Assembly (NCBI GenBank): GCA_001791325.1
Contig: MGEK01000003.1
Location: forward strand, 20,741 to 74,906
Direction: 5' to 3'
From: Candidatus Uhrbacteria bacterium RIFCSPLOWO2_01_FULL_47_25
GTDB lineage: Bacteria > Patescibacteriota > Patescibacteriia > GWA2-46-9
DNA: 54,166 nt
Shown: positions 53,794 to 54,166 of the stretch, piece after piece
Position numbering within the stretch: the stretch's first letter is position 1
Layout of the letters: every line of letters starts with the position of its first letter
Program-made: the position numbers and the translations under genes
Notes under the pieces: model-generated
The model's database searches: none
The model's input: the letters and a program-made list of their open reading frames with translations, nothing else
What the model was told of the DNA's origin: nothing

Positions 53794-54027
53794 CTAAACC
53801 ATTGTTCCACCACCAGTAGATGGGCTGGTATTAACGCCGCATTGCCTGCAATTCTGTTTGTGGGTGGCCACTTCATAGATAGCCGCAAGCCCGACCAGGA
53901 TATAAATGATACGACTAATCAGATCGCCAACTAAATTGCCTATTCCCCAGCTGAACAGCCCAATAAGCAGCCAATTCAAACCCCCTATAACCAGCAGGGT
54001 AAAGGCGATCGTATGATACATCTTCAT
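53794..54027 (-). CDS. DUF378 family small membrane protein
   Basis: ORF trimmed to the ATG at 54027, 7 nt after GGGGGTGA. IAFTLLVIGGLNWLLIGLF....L.....SRIIYILVGLAAIY is typical of DUF378. Confidence 0.75.
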   Translation of the reverse strand: MKMYHTIAFTLLVIGGLNWLLIGLFSWGIGNLVGDLISRIIYILVGLAAIYEVATHKQNCRQCGVNTSPSTGGGTMV

Positions 54028-54166
54028 AATATAATCACCCCCTTCCCTTGATATATAATAGCATGGTGTCAATTATTATTGTTTTAGGCAGGCACATTTG
54101 GCGGGTTGATTAGTTGATAATTTGAAAGAAATTCGTTTGGTGTTTTACCATTCAATCCGCAGTGTT

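Noticed and set aside
1-54166. CRISPR array
   Set aside because: No regularly spaced direct repeats were found. All repeat families seen are palindromic or inverted and irregularly spaced.
1-54166. Alternative genetic code (UGA or UAG reassignment, as in some CPR lineages and phages)
   Set aside because: Long conserved genes (gyrA, hppA, recQ, murD) are intact under the standard code. TGA (galU, pilin 6, cutA), TAG (nusB, solute-binding protein) and TAA are all used as genuine stops.

Overview
This is a 54-kb window from a low-GC, streamlined bacterium (about 40-45% GC by eye). The gene content and style look like Patescibacteria/CPR (Parcubacteria-like): tandem TrbC/VirB2-like T4SS-pilin paralogs, a giant lamin-tail-domain surface protein, a membrane pyrophosphatase, many GT-C/GT2 glycosyltransferases and mostly Shine-Dalgarno-less genes. 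This taxonomic placement is an inference.

The backbone is housekeeping:
- pilT, rnc, nusB, rpmF, gyrA
- tRNA-Lys, tRNA-Arg, tRNA-Leu
- galU, hppA, nusA, yraN, murD, murI, glyA, folD, cutA, recQ, ychF
- a cell-surface and glycosylation block at 15.9-35.4 kb

Three kinds of accessory DNA are layered on this backbone:
1. A dense family of 89-241 bp miniature elements. They share only their terminal inverted repeats (A)CCCCGTTAGAA...TTCTAACGGGG(T). There are nine copies plus one stub. Five copies have exact 4-bp target-site duplications and one copy is nested in another. They sit exactly at gene boundaries, and some supply stop codons, C-terminal residues or the bases abutting start codons. I regard this as the most interesting and apparently undescribed signal.
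2. GC-rich palindromic hairpin repeats of several families. One lies in-frame inside recQ, and others are associated with truncated or duplicated tRNA halves.
3. GC-rich islets carrying small orphan genes with strong AAGGAGGG ribosome-binding sites. The largest (49.2-51.9 kb) holds three paralogous HTH-like genes, one interrupted by an in-frame TAG, and a zinc-ribbon protein.

All calls rest on reading the sequence and the ORF track. No alignments, GC computations or database searches were run.
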